Made by a program: the position numbers and the translations under genes. The notes beneath the pieces are model-generated. The model worked only from the letters and a program-made list of their open reading frames with translations. It made no database searches and had not been told where the DNA came from. 42,226 nucleotides of DNA. Source: an uncultured Candidatus Saccharibacteria bacterium (GTDB lineage Bacteria > Patescibacteriota > Minisyncoccia > Phycocordibacterales > WO2-35-19). Location: contig CAYIPT010000003.1 of NCBI GenBank assembly GCA_964365465.1, positions 1 to 42,226 of the forward strand. Reading direction: 5' to 3'. Positions 27,905 to 36,266 of the stretch are shown here, in pieces (the stretch's first letter is position 1; every line of letters begins with the position of its first letter).

Positions 27905-28723
27905 CTAATTTGTTAAACGCTTATTTTTTGTAACCTTTACTGATTTACGCTTTCCTGCCACATAATTGACCTCTATTTTCCCATAGGCACCATCTCTCTC
28001 CATTTCTGCTTGGATTTGATAATTCGGCCGAGGAATCGTTTCTGTTTTTGATGTTTCGATTTCAGAAATTTTGCTTTTCTTTGCCTTTATTATCACCTCA
28101 TCTCCTTGCCTTATAGTTTTTATCCCCTCGGATTCAGCATCGGTTAGCCATTCAAGAGGTTTGGGAGGTGCTACACTAGCTCCCAATTCGTCCAAGATTG
28201 ATTTAATGGAAATCAGCAGAAAATCATTATTTTTACGATGCAACATTTTTGCTTGCCCGATCTCTTCATTGCTTGCAATACCAGCAACTCCATTGACAAG
28301 GGCAACTATATACGGATCGTCTGTGGTGAACCAAGCTCTGTAAATATAATATTCAAGATCGGGATAAGCATTTAATTTCTTATCCCAGTCAATGAGAGAT
28401 TTTTTTGCACGAGCGATTTTATCCAATGAAAACCCATACTCCCTAAAATGTTGTATGACTTTTAACCAGACCATTTCAACCAATGAAAATTTGCGCCAAC
28501 CGGCACCATCTTTGAGTCCCTGGGGAAGTAACCCGGCTTTATCCCAGTGATTAATAACTCTGTAACTTATGTTTGATGTTCCTACTGTGTATGAACGCAT
28601 GTTTAATATAATCCTATTGTTAAAATTTTCTTTAGAAAAATATTTCGGGAAAGTGGCGAGATACACTTCACCTTTGGGTAAAAAATATTTATCTGTCTCC
28701 AACCACCCCACCTTTCTCTTCAT
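27905..28723 (-). CDS. MerR-family HTH regulator-like protein
   Basis: ISYRVINHWDKAGLLP......WRKFS..EMVWLKVI..FR.YGFSL.KI. Confidence 0.75.
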   Translation of the reverse strand: MKRKVGWLETDKYFLPKGEVYLATFPKYFSKENFNNRIILNMRSYTVGTSNISYRVINHWDKAGLLPQGLKDGAGWRKFSLVEMVWLKVIQHFREYGFSLDKIARAKKSLIDWDKKLNAYPDLEYYIYRAWFTTDDPYIVALVNGVAGIASNEEIGQAKMLHRKNNDFLLISIKSILDELGASVAPPKPLEWLTDAESEGIKTIRQGDEVIIKAKKSKISEIETSKTETIPRPNYQIQAEMERDGAYGKIEVNYVAGKRKSVKVTKNKRLTN

Positions 28724-28843
28724 GAGATGAATTATACACGAATGTAAGGTTTAGCCAAGCCCACCTGTGGACAAGAATGAGCCACTTTTGGTTGTTGTAA
28801 ATAATCTGTGGCGGAGTTAGTATTAAGCTACAATTGAATATTG

Positions 28844-28990
28844 GAGTAGCCTAAACTCGGCCTTGCCGGGCATGGCGAAAGAAGACGTACAAAGTAAAAA
28901 ACCCATCATGGGATTGCTTTGTACGCCGTATCGGGAAACCGGTACGAGAGGGTTCGCCCTCTGCCCGTGGTGGGCTTTTTGCGTATAAAA
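28844..28990 (+). ncRNA. Putative structured RNA / cis-regulatory switch
   Basis: GAAA- and UUCG-capped hairpins inside an 11-bp closing stem followed by a U tract; competing 12-bp helix. Confidence 0.7.
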
Positions 28991-29006
28991 AATAACCTTT
29001 AAAAAC

Positions 29007-29126
29007 ATGATTCCATTTTTAATTTTCTCGCTTTCTTCTTTTGTGATTGCGATGGTATTAATTGGTGAAAAATTCGATATTATTTCACCTGCCGGAAAAT
29101 TTTTAGATGAATTAAAGAAAAAATAA
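29007..29126 (+). CDS. Unannotated 39-aa hydrophobic peptide
   Basis: MIPFLIFSLSSFVIAMVLIGEKFDIISPAGKFLDELKKK*. Confidence 0.5.
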   Translation: MIPFLIFSLSSFVIAMVLIGEKFDIISPAGKFLDELKKK

Positions 29127-29140
29127 TTATTATAAAAACT

Positions 29141-30202
29141 ATGAAAAATAAAATTCTTGTCTTAATTTTGGTTATATTAATAGCAATCCCGCAAGTAACT
29201 TTTGCCGCCTGGTGGAATCCCGTCTCCTGGTTTGAGAGAATAATATCATTTTTTAATCAACCAAAAATTGAACAATCAATATCTTCTCAAGAAGAGGAAG
29301 ATAAAAATATTTCAACAACCACAATTCCTTCACTGGATGACCAAAATAAAATAGAGGGCAATCAAATAAAGGAAAAAACAGAAGTCCAAAAAACTGAAGA
29401 AACAAGATTAAAAAACGAAGCTCGAGTAGCAGAGTTAAGGCTTAAACAGCAACAAGAAGAGGCGGAAAGAATTGCCAGAGAAAAAGAAGCCGCCACTAAA
29501 AAACAAGCGGAAATATTGGCTCAAGCCGCTCAGATAGCCAATCAAGCGACAAAGACCAGAACTCTTGAATTGATCAGTGATATTTTATTGAAGTTAAACC
29601 AGTTACTGACAGATACGGAGCAAGAGATTGCAAAATCAAATACCAACCTAGACTCTACCGCAAATCGCGCTGATTCTGCCAGTCAAACTTTCAGAACACT
29701 CACTATAAATTATCTTGGAGGACTTACATTCTCTAAGCCGGGTTTACAGCAGGTGATAAACAACAAAAAAGCAGAAAAAAGTAAGTTTGAGCAAAACAGT
29801 TTGGAGTCATTTGTTAATTTTGATCCCGACACGAACTTCAAAGAAACTTTGAGTCTTTTAGCGTCTCTGCGGTCTCAATTTGAAAGCCAAAAAGCTGAAT
29901 ACCAGGGTTATTTCAACACTTATCTCAATAATCTTTCAGCCGCTACTCAAGTGCAACAACAAAACAACTATTCCACAAACACTGTCCCAAAGGGCACTTA
30001 TTGCAACGGGACATATTATTCCAGTTGTCCGGCTTCCTATGATTTTATTTGCCCGGCAAGCGGGGGTTCAGCTTATTGCCAACCAACTACACCCCCCGTC
30101 GATACTGCTCTGTTGGAAAAGTGCCAAGCTATTATGAATAGAACCGTATCAACAACAATCATTATCGGAGAATTAAGAGCCGCCGGCTGTCCGGGTTATT
30201 AA
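29141..30202 (+). CDS. Secreted coiled-coil protein with WWNP.SW N-terminus and Cys-rich C-terminus
   Basis: Signal peptide ending TFAA-WWNPVSWF; long helical region; six C-terminal cysteines. Confidence 0.8.
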   Translation: MKNKILVLILVILIAIPQVTFAAWWNPVSWFERIISFFNQPKIEQSISSQEEEDKNISTTTIPSLDDQNKIEGNQIKEKTEVQKTEETRLKNEARVAELRLKQQQEEAERIAREKEAATKKQAEILAQAAQIANQATKTRTLELISDILLKLNQLLTDTEQEIAKSNTNLDSTANRADSASQTFRTLTINYLGGLTFSKPGLQQVINNKKAEKSKFEQNSLESFVNFDPDTNFKETLSLLASLRSQFESQKAEYQGYFNTYLNNLSAATQVQQQNNYSTNTVPKGTYCNGTYYSSCPASYDFICPASGGSAYCQPTTPPVDTALLEKCQAIMNRTVSTTIIIGELRAAGCPGY

Positions 30203-30217
30203 ACTTCAATAAATCCC

Positions 30218-30439
30218 ATGATAAAGAAAATTATAATTTTTGCCTTAATCATCCTATCCGTTATTGCTTATTTTTTGTGGTTTCAAGAAGACGAGGTTTA
30301 TAGCGATTGTCTGGAATGGACAATCTATAACCCGGAAAAGGACGCTTGGCACTGGAGACGCGAATTTACGGGGGAATATTTTGAGACCAGAGAACAAGCT
30401 ATTGAAAATTGTGAAAAAAGTTGGGGAGAAATTAAATAA
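30218..30439 (+). CDS. Small membrane-anchored hypothetical protein
   Basis: N-terminal TM, F.TRE.A...C motif, two cysteines. Confidence 0.65.
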   Translation: MIKKIIIFALIILSVIAYFLWFQEDEVYSDCLEWTIYNPEKDAWHWRREFTGEYFETREQAIENCEKSWGEIK

Positions 30440-30469
30440 ACAAATCCATGATTTAATCTCTAAAATACT

Positions 30470-30574
30470 ATGAATAAATTCGGTGAGATTTACGAAATAA
30501 TATGCGATTTACTCGCCGTAGGAGCTGTTATTGCTTTTATTTGGTGGATGATTTCTCATGGTGGCATTTATTAA
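30470..30574 (+). CDS. Unannotated 34-aa single-TM peptide
   Basis: MNKFGEIYEIICDLLAVGAVIAFIWWMISHGGIY*. Confidence 0.4.
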   Translation: MNKFGEIYEIICDLLAVGAVIAFIWWMISHGGIY

Positions 30575-30604
30575 ATATGTTTTTGATTTTTTAATCAAAA
30601 TATT

Positions 30605-30763
30605 ATGAATATTTTTATCGTTATTTCACTCGTTCTAATTATTATTGGTTTGTATGACATAAGCAGACAGATTAGGCATTTACACATTTTTCTGTATGAT
30701 TGGAAGGAAGAGATGCAAGGTAAAAATCTCATAGACGACCTGGATGATATAGATACATATTAA
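30605..30763 (+). CDS. Unannotated 52-aa single-TM protein with acidic tail
   Basis: MNIFIVISLVLIIIGLYDISRQIRHLHIFLYDWKEEMQGKNLIDDLDDIDTY*. Confidence 0.5.
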   Translation: MNIFIVISLVLIIIGLYDISRQIRHLHIFLYDWKEEMQGKNLIDDLDDIDTY

Positions 30764-30786
30764 ATTAATGAATAAAAAAGACTCAG

Positions 30787-31671
30787 ATGAATAATCGGCT
30801 GAAAATCATAGTTACACTTGCTTGTCTCTTAGCTATTTTGGGTGTTGGATATATATACCTACGCGATAAAAACAAAAACGAGTCAGTGATGACAACCACT
30901 GAAATTCAAGGGTATGAGATTAGATTTGAGAAAGGTTTTCTACCAAAAAGGCCGGATACAATGATTTGGAGCAGGGTAAGTATTTTGCAGGATGGTGCTA
31001 TGGTATTCAATACGGAAGAGTTGGATCTTTTTAGTGGCTTTTACATTGACGAACCTGGTGACTGGATAAAAAATGCGGACGATTTGGTGAATGGGGCTAT
31101 CAAAGACATAAATGGCAATGGTATACCAGAACTTATTTTGCTCGGACACTCCGGAGGGGCTGGCTGTTGTCATGATAATTATGTTATTGAATTTAGCAGC
31201 CCTATTTCAATACTCATGGATCTTCATACCGGGAACGAATCAATCAACTTCAAAGATTTAAACAATGATGGTGTCTTTGAAATAGAAACAAACGAAGACG
31301 TGTTTAACTACTGGAACGCGAGCCATCTTGCTTCGCCTTCACCCCGAGTCGTACTAAGTCTGCAAAATGGAGAATATAGAGCTGATCCCTCTTTTATGCG
31401 GCAACCAGCTCCTGCAGATTTGGAGATACGGGGAATAGCGAATGCCGTAAAAAGCTGGAGTGGCTCTGCCGGCCCTGAGGTTGCGTGGAAGTATGCTCTG
31501 GATCTGATCTATTCTGGAAACACAGCTTCTGCTAAAAAATATGTTGATCTGGCATGGAGAGAAAATGATCCCGGCGATTTTGGAACAAAGGAGAATTTTT
31601 GGAGAGAGCTTATCAATCAAATTCACACAAGCCCGTATTATATCGATTTGGTCGCTTTCTTTGAAATTTAG
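30787..31671 (+). CDS. Membrane-anchored exported protein with two DxNxxG..E Ca-binding-type loops
   Basis: N-terminal TM; DINGNGIPEL, SGGAGCC, DLNNDGVFEI. Confidence 0.8.
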   Translation: MNNRLKIIVTLACLLAILGVGYIYLRDKNKNESVMTTTEIQGYEIRFEKGFLPKRPDTMIWSRVSILQDGAMVFNTEELDLFSGFYIDEPGDWIKNADDLVNGAIKDINGNGIPELILLGHSGGAGCCHDNYVIEFSSPISILMDLHTGNESINFKDLNNDGVFEIETNEDVFNYWNASHLASPSPRVVLSLQNGEYRADPSFMRQPAPADLEIRGIANAVKSWSGSAGPEVAWKYALDLIYSGNTASAKKYVDLAWRENDPGDFGTKENFWRELINQIHTSPYYIDLVAFFEI

Positions 31672-31815
31672 ATCCTGCATTTGGCCAATAGCTCACATTT
31701 TGCGAACCCCCGCAACCTTTGCTTGTAGAGGTAATTACCCTCAACTTTTTCACAGAAATCGCACCCCGGAGCATTTAGGGGTCAAATACGCTGTATTTAA
31801 ATGGTTTTTTAAGAT

Positions 31816-32301
31816 TTATGTCCAATCTATACTCCTGAGTTCTTTGAGGTGTTTTTTACTAAGCCACCAACTTCCATGTTTTTTGGGTATATTTCTTCCG
31901 TAACTTATATAACAGCACTCTCTACATACCGGGGGGCGAGTCGACATATACTCATATAGAAATTTGACTCTCTTGTCACAGGCACTACAGATAAAATAAA
32001 AGATATAGGCGTTCCTGTGTAGTAAATTTGAAGCTATATAATCAACTTTCTGCTCCTGCCAATAAGGATAGCCTTCCAAATCAGTAAATGATTTAAAAAA
32101 TGTGTTTTTGGGTATGTTCATAAGGTCTTTTATTCTTTCTGCCTCTGATGGTCTATTAATTTTTATTCGCTTTCTTTCATTTTCTGACAAAATCATTAGA
32201 AAAGTTCGAGTGTAATCCGTTATATCTATTCTCCTGTTTATTGTTTCCACATTCTGTTTTTTGACGCTTGTGTACATAGGCCTTTGTAGAATCACTAACA
32301 A
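31816..32301 (-). CDS. Hypothetical Zn-finger protein
   Basis: YFICSACDKRVKFLY......VCRECC..SY. Start uncertain; ATG near 32277 possible. Confidence 0.65.
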   Translation of the reverse strand: MLVILQRPMYTSVKKQNVETINRRIDITDYTRTFLMILSENERKRIKINRPSEAERIKDLMNIPKNTFFKSFTDLEGYPYWQEQKVDYIASNLLHRNAYIFYFICSACDKRVKFLYEYMSTRPPVCRECCYISYGRNIPKKHGSWWLSKKHLKELRSIDWT

Positions 32302-32416
32302 TCGCTAACACTTAATTATAGCCCAACTTTCCAACAAAGTGCTGAAAAGACTCAAATTGCATTAAACGCTTCACATTCGCGCACTCACACAAAGCAAGGC
32401 TTTGACAATTTTTAGG

Positions 32417-32746
32417 TTACTCAAATGCATCAATCCACCCGACGGGAGGATTTATAGGAGGTATATTATCTGTTGTGGGTCGAAGTGGAGCTACAGGTTG
32501 AATAACCCGAGGCGATCTTTGTAATGGAAGAAGAGAGAATTTATTAAGCCACACATAAAAAGTATCATCTCTACCTAACTGAGTTTTGATTAAATTACCT
32601 CTGAATTTTCCCATTACATCCCACGCAAAATTTCCCTCCATCCAACCTAAAGGAATACCGTCACGATTAAAAATGATATCATCTTGAATAAAGCCTAGAT
32701 AATTACCGTTCGATCTATATAAAATTTTATTTTGTGTCTTTTCCAT
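32417..32746 (-). CDS. Four-fold beta-flower-like protein with Pro-rich tail
   Basis: Repeated short units LYRSNGNYLG / IFNRDGIPLG / AWDVMGKFRG. Start placed at ATG 32746, overlapping the protease end. Confidence 0.65.
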   Translation of the reverse strand: MEKTQNKILYRSNGNYLGFIQDDIIFNRDGIPLGWMEGNFAWDVMGKFRGNLIKTQLGRDDTFYVWLNKFSLLPLQRSPRVIQPVAPLRPTTDNIPPINPPVGWIDAFE

Positions 32747-33485
32747 TTTTTTGTTTGCTTTTCTCTGCCATGTTACCAAGCTCACCAGTAACAACCTTTG
32801 GTGGTGATATAGACATTTCTTTGTGCTCCGGGATGTAACTTGCAGGGACAGCATATCCTATACCAAGCTGAAAATTATTGATAAGAACTTTATATACTTC
32901 CACTAAATCCATCCCGTGTAAAGAAATGGCCCCGAATGGCATTTCTAACACTTTTTGCATTTTGTCTGCTTGTACAGCACCCTTGGCATTTACCACCCCA
33001 ATTACATTTCCATCTTTATCCATGAGGGGGCATCCGCTGTTGCCGGAGTTTACGGTGCCGTCAATAAGGTATACATTCTTTCCTGTAGGATCCTTTGTGA
33101 CAGAAGAGATGATACCCTGATGTGTCGTTAAATCCTGTAAATTTATTGGATAACCGGCAAAAATAACTGGCATACCTTCCCTAACACTATCTTGATCCGC
33201 AAGCTCCAAAGGTGCCCTCGTGTTATCTTCGAATCCTAGCAGAGCAAGGTCATGTTCTTCGTCTTTCAATAAAATTTTTGCTGGTATTGGAATCTCGACA
33301 CCGGAGAACTTGAGAAAGATTGAACTTGCTGTCTTTACCACATGATTACAAGTTACAAGAATGTTTTTCTTCCAAAAAATGAAACCGCTTCCGGTGCTAT
33401 CGGGTGTCCCTTTTTCATTGTAAGTAATGACAAGAGCAACACTCGGCTTTATCTTTAATATGGTTGTAGAGTGATCTTGCATCAT
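32727..33485 (-). CDS. Trypsin-like serine protease, no signal peptide
   Basis: GSGF, TCNHVV, DLALL, GNSGCP triad motifs. Start placed at ATG 33485. Confidence 0.9.
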   Translation of the reverse strand: MMQDHSTTILKIKPSVALVITYNEKGTPDSTGSGFIFWKKNILVTCNHVVKTASSIFLKFSGVEIPIPAKILLKDEEHDLALLGFEDNTRAPLELADQDSVREGMPVIFAGYPINLQDLTTHQGIISSVTKDPTGKNVYLIDGTVNSGNSGCPLMDKDGNVIGVVNAKGAVQADKMQKVLEMPFGAISLHGMDLVEVYKVLINNFQLGIGYAVPASYIPEHKEMSISPPKVVTGELGNMAEKSKQKNGKDTK

Positions 33486-33949
33486 GGCTATTCTATCACG
33501 AGACTCTTTCAAGGCCAATGCCGTGAACAGCACTTTGGTTGGCGGGGACGATCCAATCAGACCACGAGAAGCCGAGGCCAATCGGGGCATCATAATCGTT
33601 GCCTTTGATTTGTATGTTGGCATGCACTCATTTCTATAAGTACAGATATATAAGTTATATACATACATTGTGTAAGTTCCAGCGATAAATCAATGTGCAT
33701 TTTCTAAGGCTTTTTGGAAAATCGGGCTTGAATTATAGAAGTCCCAAAAGCGAGAAAGGTAGGTTTTCACTCGGTTCGATATTTGATATACTAAGTCCAC
33801 AAAAAAAGTTTCTAAAGTTGATTTAGCTTAATCGTGCCCATTTTCTTAACTTTTTACTTCAAAACTGGTAAATGAATGAGGTGCGCACCGAAGTCATTTT
33901 TGTGTTGATGCTCAAAATTTCTTTATTAAAAGAAGACCGTCCAAACTGA

Positions 33950-34261
33950 TTAAGTCGAGACGGTATTTTTGACCGATTTGTTTCTTTTCTTCTTCGGCCA
34001 ATTAGGACAGAATTTGATCAAGAACTTGATGGTTGACTCGCTACTGCTGTGAACCCAGAAACGCTCAAAGCACTTCGGGCATTCATAGATCACAGCTGAC
34101 GGGTTTGTACTAAGACTGAAACCGACAACTTGCTTTACCACCTCATCACTTGCTCCCAATGCGCTCCACCCTTCACAATTTCCGTTTTCACAACAGAAGC
34201 CTTCAGAGTGTGGGATTCCGTATATTTCAGCTCCCCACGATCTTACTTTGAGTTCAGGCAT
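33950..34261 (-). CDS. Cys/His-rich small protein, paralogue 3
   Basis: MPELKVRSWG..IPHS..CCE...C..YECPKCFERFWVH..CPNWP; AAGGAG RBS upstream. Confidence 0.75.
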   Translation of the reverse strand: MPELKVRSWGAEIYGIPHSEGFCCENGNCEGWSALGASDEVVKQVVGFSLSTNPSAVIYECPKCFERFWVHSSSESTIKFLIKFCPNWPKKKRNKSVKNTVST

Positions 34262-34530
34262 TTTGTGCTCTCCTTTTTTGGAAAGTTTGGACACCATCTT
34301 TGAGCATATTCGAGAAACGATTCTCTGCTCAAATGAACCCAAAACAGACTGAAGCACTCTGGACACCGAAAGATGAGTTTGTCATCTCGTATACCTACGA
34401 GATCTTTCCATGCATCGTGCGTCAAAACAAGTCTGAAAGAACAATTTTCAGACTCGCAACACCACCCGTTTGAGTGCGGTATTGATTCATCAAAGAACAC
34501 GCCCCAAGACCTTGGATTTAGCTTTGACAC
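34243..34530 (-). CDS. Cys/His-rich small protein, paralogue 2 (GTG start)
   Basis: VSKLNPRSWG..IPHS..WCCE...C..FRCPECFSLFWVH..CPNFP. Confidence 0.75.
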   Translation of the reverse strand: MSKLNPRSWGVFFDESIPHSNGWCCESENCSFRLVLTHDAWKDLVGIRDDKLIFRCPECFSLFWVHLSRESFLEYAQRWCPNFPKKESTKCLNSK

Positions 34531-34820
34531 GGTGCAGTATCCTTTCTTGGCCAATTCTTGGAAACCATCATGTCCTCGACATTCATGTCGTGAACATGGA
34601 ACCAAAATTTCTCAAAACACCTCGGGCATTCAACGATCATCTTGCCCGCAATTGACTGGTCACGTTTAACAATGGGTTCGTGAGCAAATCCAACCATATG
34701 GTCATAAAGTCTCATACCAAGAGTTGGACGCCAATAACATTCTGGATTTTTGCATTCCCATCTAGCTGAATACGGGATTGCTTCAGTCCAGACCACACCC
34801 CAAGACTTGAGTTCTGACAT
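34518..34820 (-). CDS. Cys/His-rich small protein, paralogue 1
   Basis: MSELKSWG..IPYS..WEC....C..VECPRCFEKFWFH..NWP; GGAGG RBS upstream. Confidence 0.75.
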   Translation of the reverse strand: MSELKSWGVVWTEAIPYSARWECKNPECYWRPTLGMRLYDHMVGFAHEPIVKRDQSIAGKMIVECPRCFEKFWFHVHDMNVEDMMVSKNWPRKDTAPCQS

Positions 34821-35219
34821 ATCAATTCCTCCAAGAAAAGTCTAACATTATAAGTCAGTTTTGTAAATATGCCCAGGATTTTTCCCTTTTATAATTTTTC
34901 AAAACAAAGATTCTAACAAAAATGACCGAGATGTATCCGTTGTTCCAAACAGCGCAATTTTGGGTCATTTTTTTTATTTAGTTTTTGTTAATGTCATTAA
35001 CTTTGTTAACATCCTAGAAGGGTATGATATGTGTAGGTTCTACTCACATTGGTATTTTCCTTACCGATAGGATAATCTTTAACCAGAGAGGATTCTATGA
35101 CCTCTCAACTATTACCAAGTATTAACGATCTTAAGACTCGAACACACATTCGGTTCCAAGAGATAGGTTCTAACGTCATTCATTAATTTCCACAGATAAG
35201 ATTTATGAATTTTTATTTT

Positions 35220-36215
35220 CTATCGCGAGTTTTGGAGTTTAAGCAACAACGCGTTGACTTGAGCTTGCAGAATTTTGATTTGCTCTTGAAGAGATAGGGT
35301 TGAGGGAGCTAGACATGAAGCGCTTGAAAGCAATGGGTTGATTCTGGCTCTGGTTTTGGGGCCGACAGAACCGTAACCTGTGGTCAAAGGAGTACCAGAA
35401 GAGACAATTCCCTGGGCTGCCTGGAATTTTTTGACTGCCGCCTCGGTGAGAGGTCCGAAGAAGCCCGTGTTGTTTCCAGTATCCAGATGGCCTTTGGAAA
35501 TGAGGAAGTTCTGCAGGTTGGTGACATCCTGCCCCTTGAGGCCCCGATAGAGATTGCGGACCAGGGAAGAAATAATTGCTCCCGGAACACAGGCCGTTCC
35601 TCCGCCGCCAGTGCTCCCACCCCCGCCTCCACCCGAACTTCCTCCGCCCCCGCCCCCGCCCGATGAACTGCCGGAAGAACTCGATCCGCCAGTGCCGCTT
35701 CCGCCTGAAGATGGGCTATTTATGGTGTAAGTTCCATTGACAACAGCGCTCAAGGTATCCGCGCCGCCCGCGGCTACATTTGAGTCGGTGGTGGCGCCGG
35801 CAGTGTGGTTAAAAATAATGCTGGCCGTTCCCGCCAATAATGCCTTAAAAGTAAGAGTGACCAAAGCGCCGGAACCCCGGTACTTGTTGCCCCCTGCGGT
35901 TACCTGAGAAAAAGTGATTCTGCCGAAATTCGTGTCAACGCTGTTAGCCAAAGTCATTGACATTAAACTTCCCGGAGCAATCTGGACCCCAGAGACGGAA
36001 GCATTGGCATCCTGCAACTGGAGAAGACCGGGATTGTAATTGAGATATCTCAAATCAACGCCGTCAATGGATGCCCCTTGGGTGTCAAGATTTACAACAA
36101 CTGAAAATGTGTCTCCCACATTAACACTTTGCGATGAAGGAGAAACTGACAATGTGGCGGCCGACGCCAAAAACGGCAACAGTAGGCCAATCGCGATAAA
36201 AGATATTTTTTTCAT
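35220..36215 (-). CDS. Secreted cohesin - Gly/Ser linker - peptidoglycan-binding domain protein
   Basis: Signal peptide; cohesin-type pattern V.VGDTFSV.V...LNYNP.LLQ...GSG.L.TLTFKA; LYRGLKGQDVTNLQNFL..TGFFGPLTEAAVKKFQ..VGPKTR. Confidence 0.85.
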   Translation of the reverse strand: MKKISFIAIGLLLPFLASAATLSVSPSSQSVNVGDTFSVVVNLDTQGASIDGVDLRYLNYNPGLLQLQDANASVSGVQIAPGSLMSMTLANSVDTNFGRITFSQVTAGGNKYRGSGALVTLTFKALLAGTASIIFNHTAGATTDSNVAAGGADTLSAVVNGTYTINSPSSGGSGTGGSSSSGSSSGGGGGGGSSGGGGGGSTGGGGTACVPGAIISSLVRNLYRGLKGQDVTNLQNFLISKGHLDTGNNTGFFGPLTEAAVKKFQAAQGIVSSGTPLTTGYGSVGPKTRARINPLLSSASCLAPSTLSLQEQIKILQAQVNALLLKLQNSR

Positions 36216-36266
36216 AATATTATCTTGTTAATTATTAATCTTATACTTTGTAATTTTACATTGTTG

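Larger units (their letters stand above)
26120..35200. mobile_element. Putative integrated element/genomic island at tRNA-Ala; right boundary not determined and may extend to the window end
   Basis: Recombinase abutting the tRNA, followed only by regulator, hypothetical and defence-like genes. Confidence 0.55.

Noticed and set aside
28823-29008. 61-aa minus-strand ORF
   Set aside because: Coincides with the structured RNA on the opposite strand; no protein features.
33486-33668. N-terminal extension of the protease as listed in the ORF track
   Set aside because: Low-information sequence ahead of the trypsin fold; ATG 33485 fits the domain start better.
35595-35712. GC-rich low-complexity tract as a tandem repeat or G-quadruplex element
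   Set aside because: Explained by the Gly/Ser linker codons of the cohesin-PG-binding protein.
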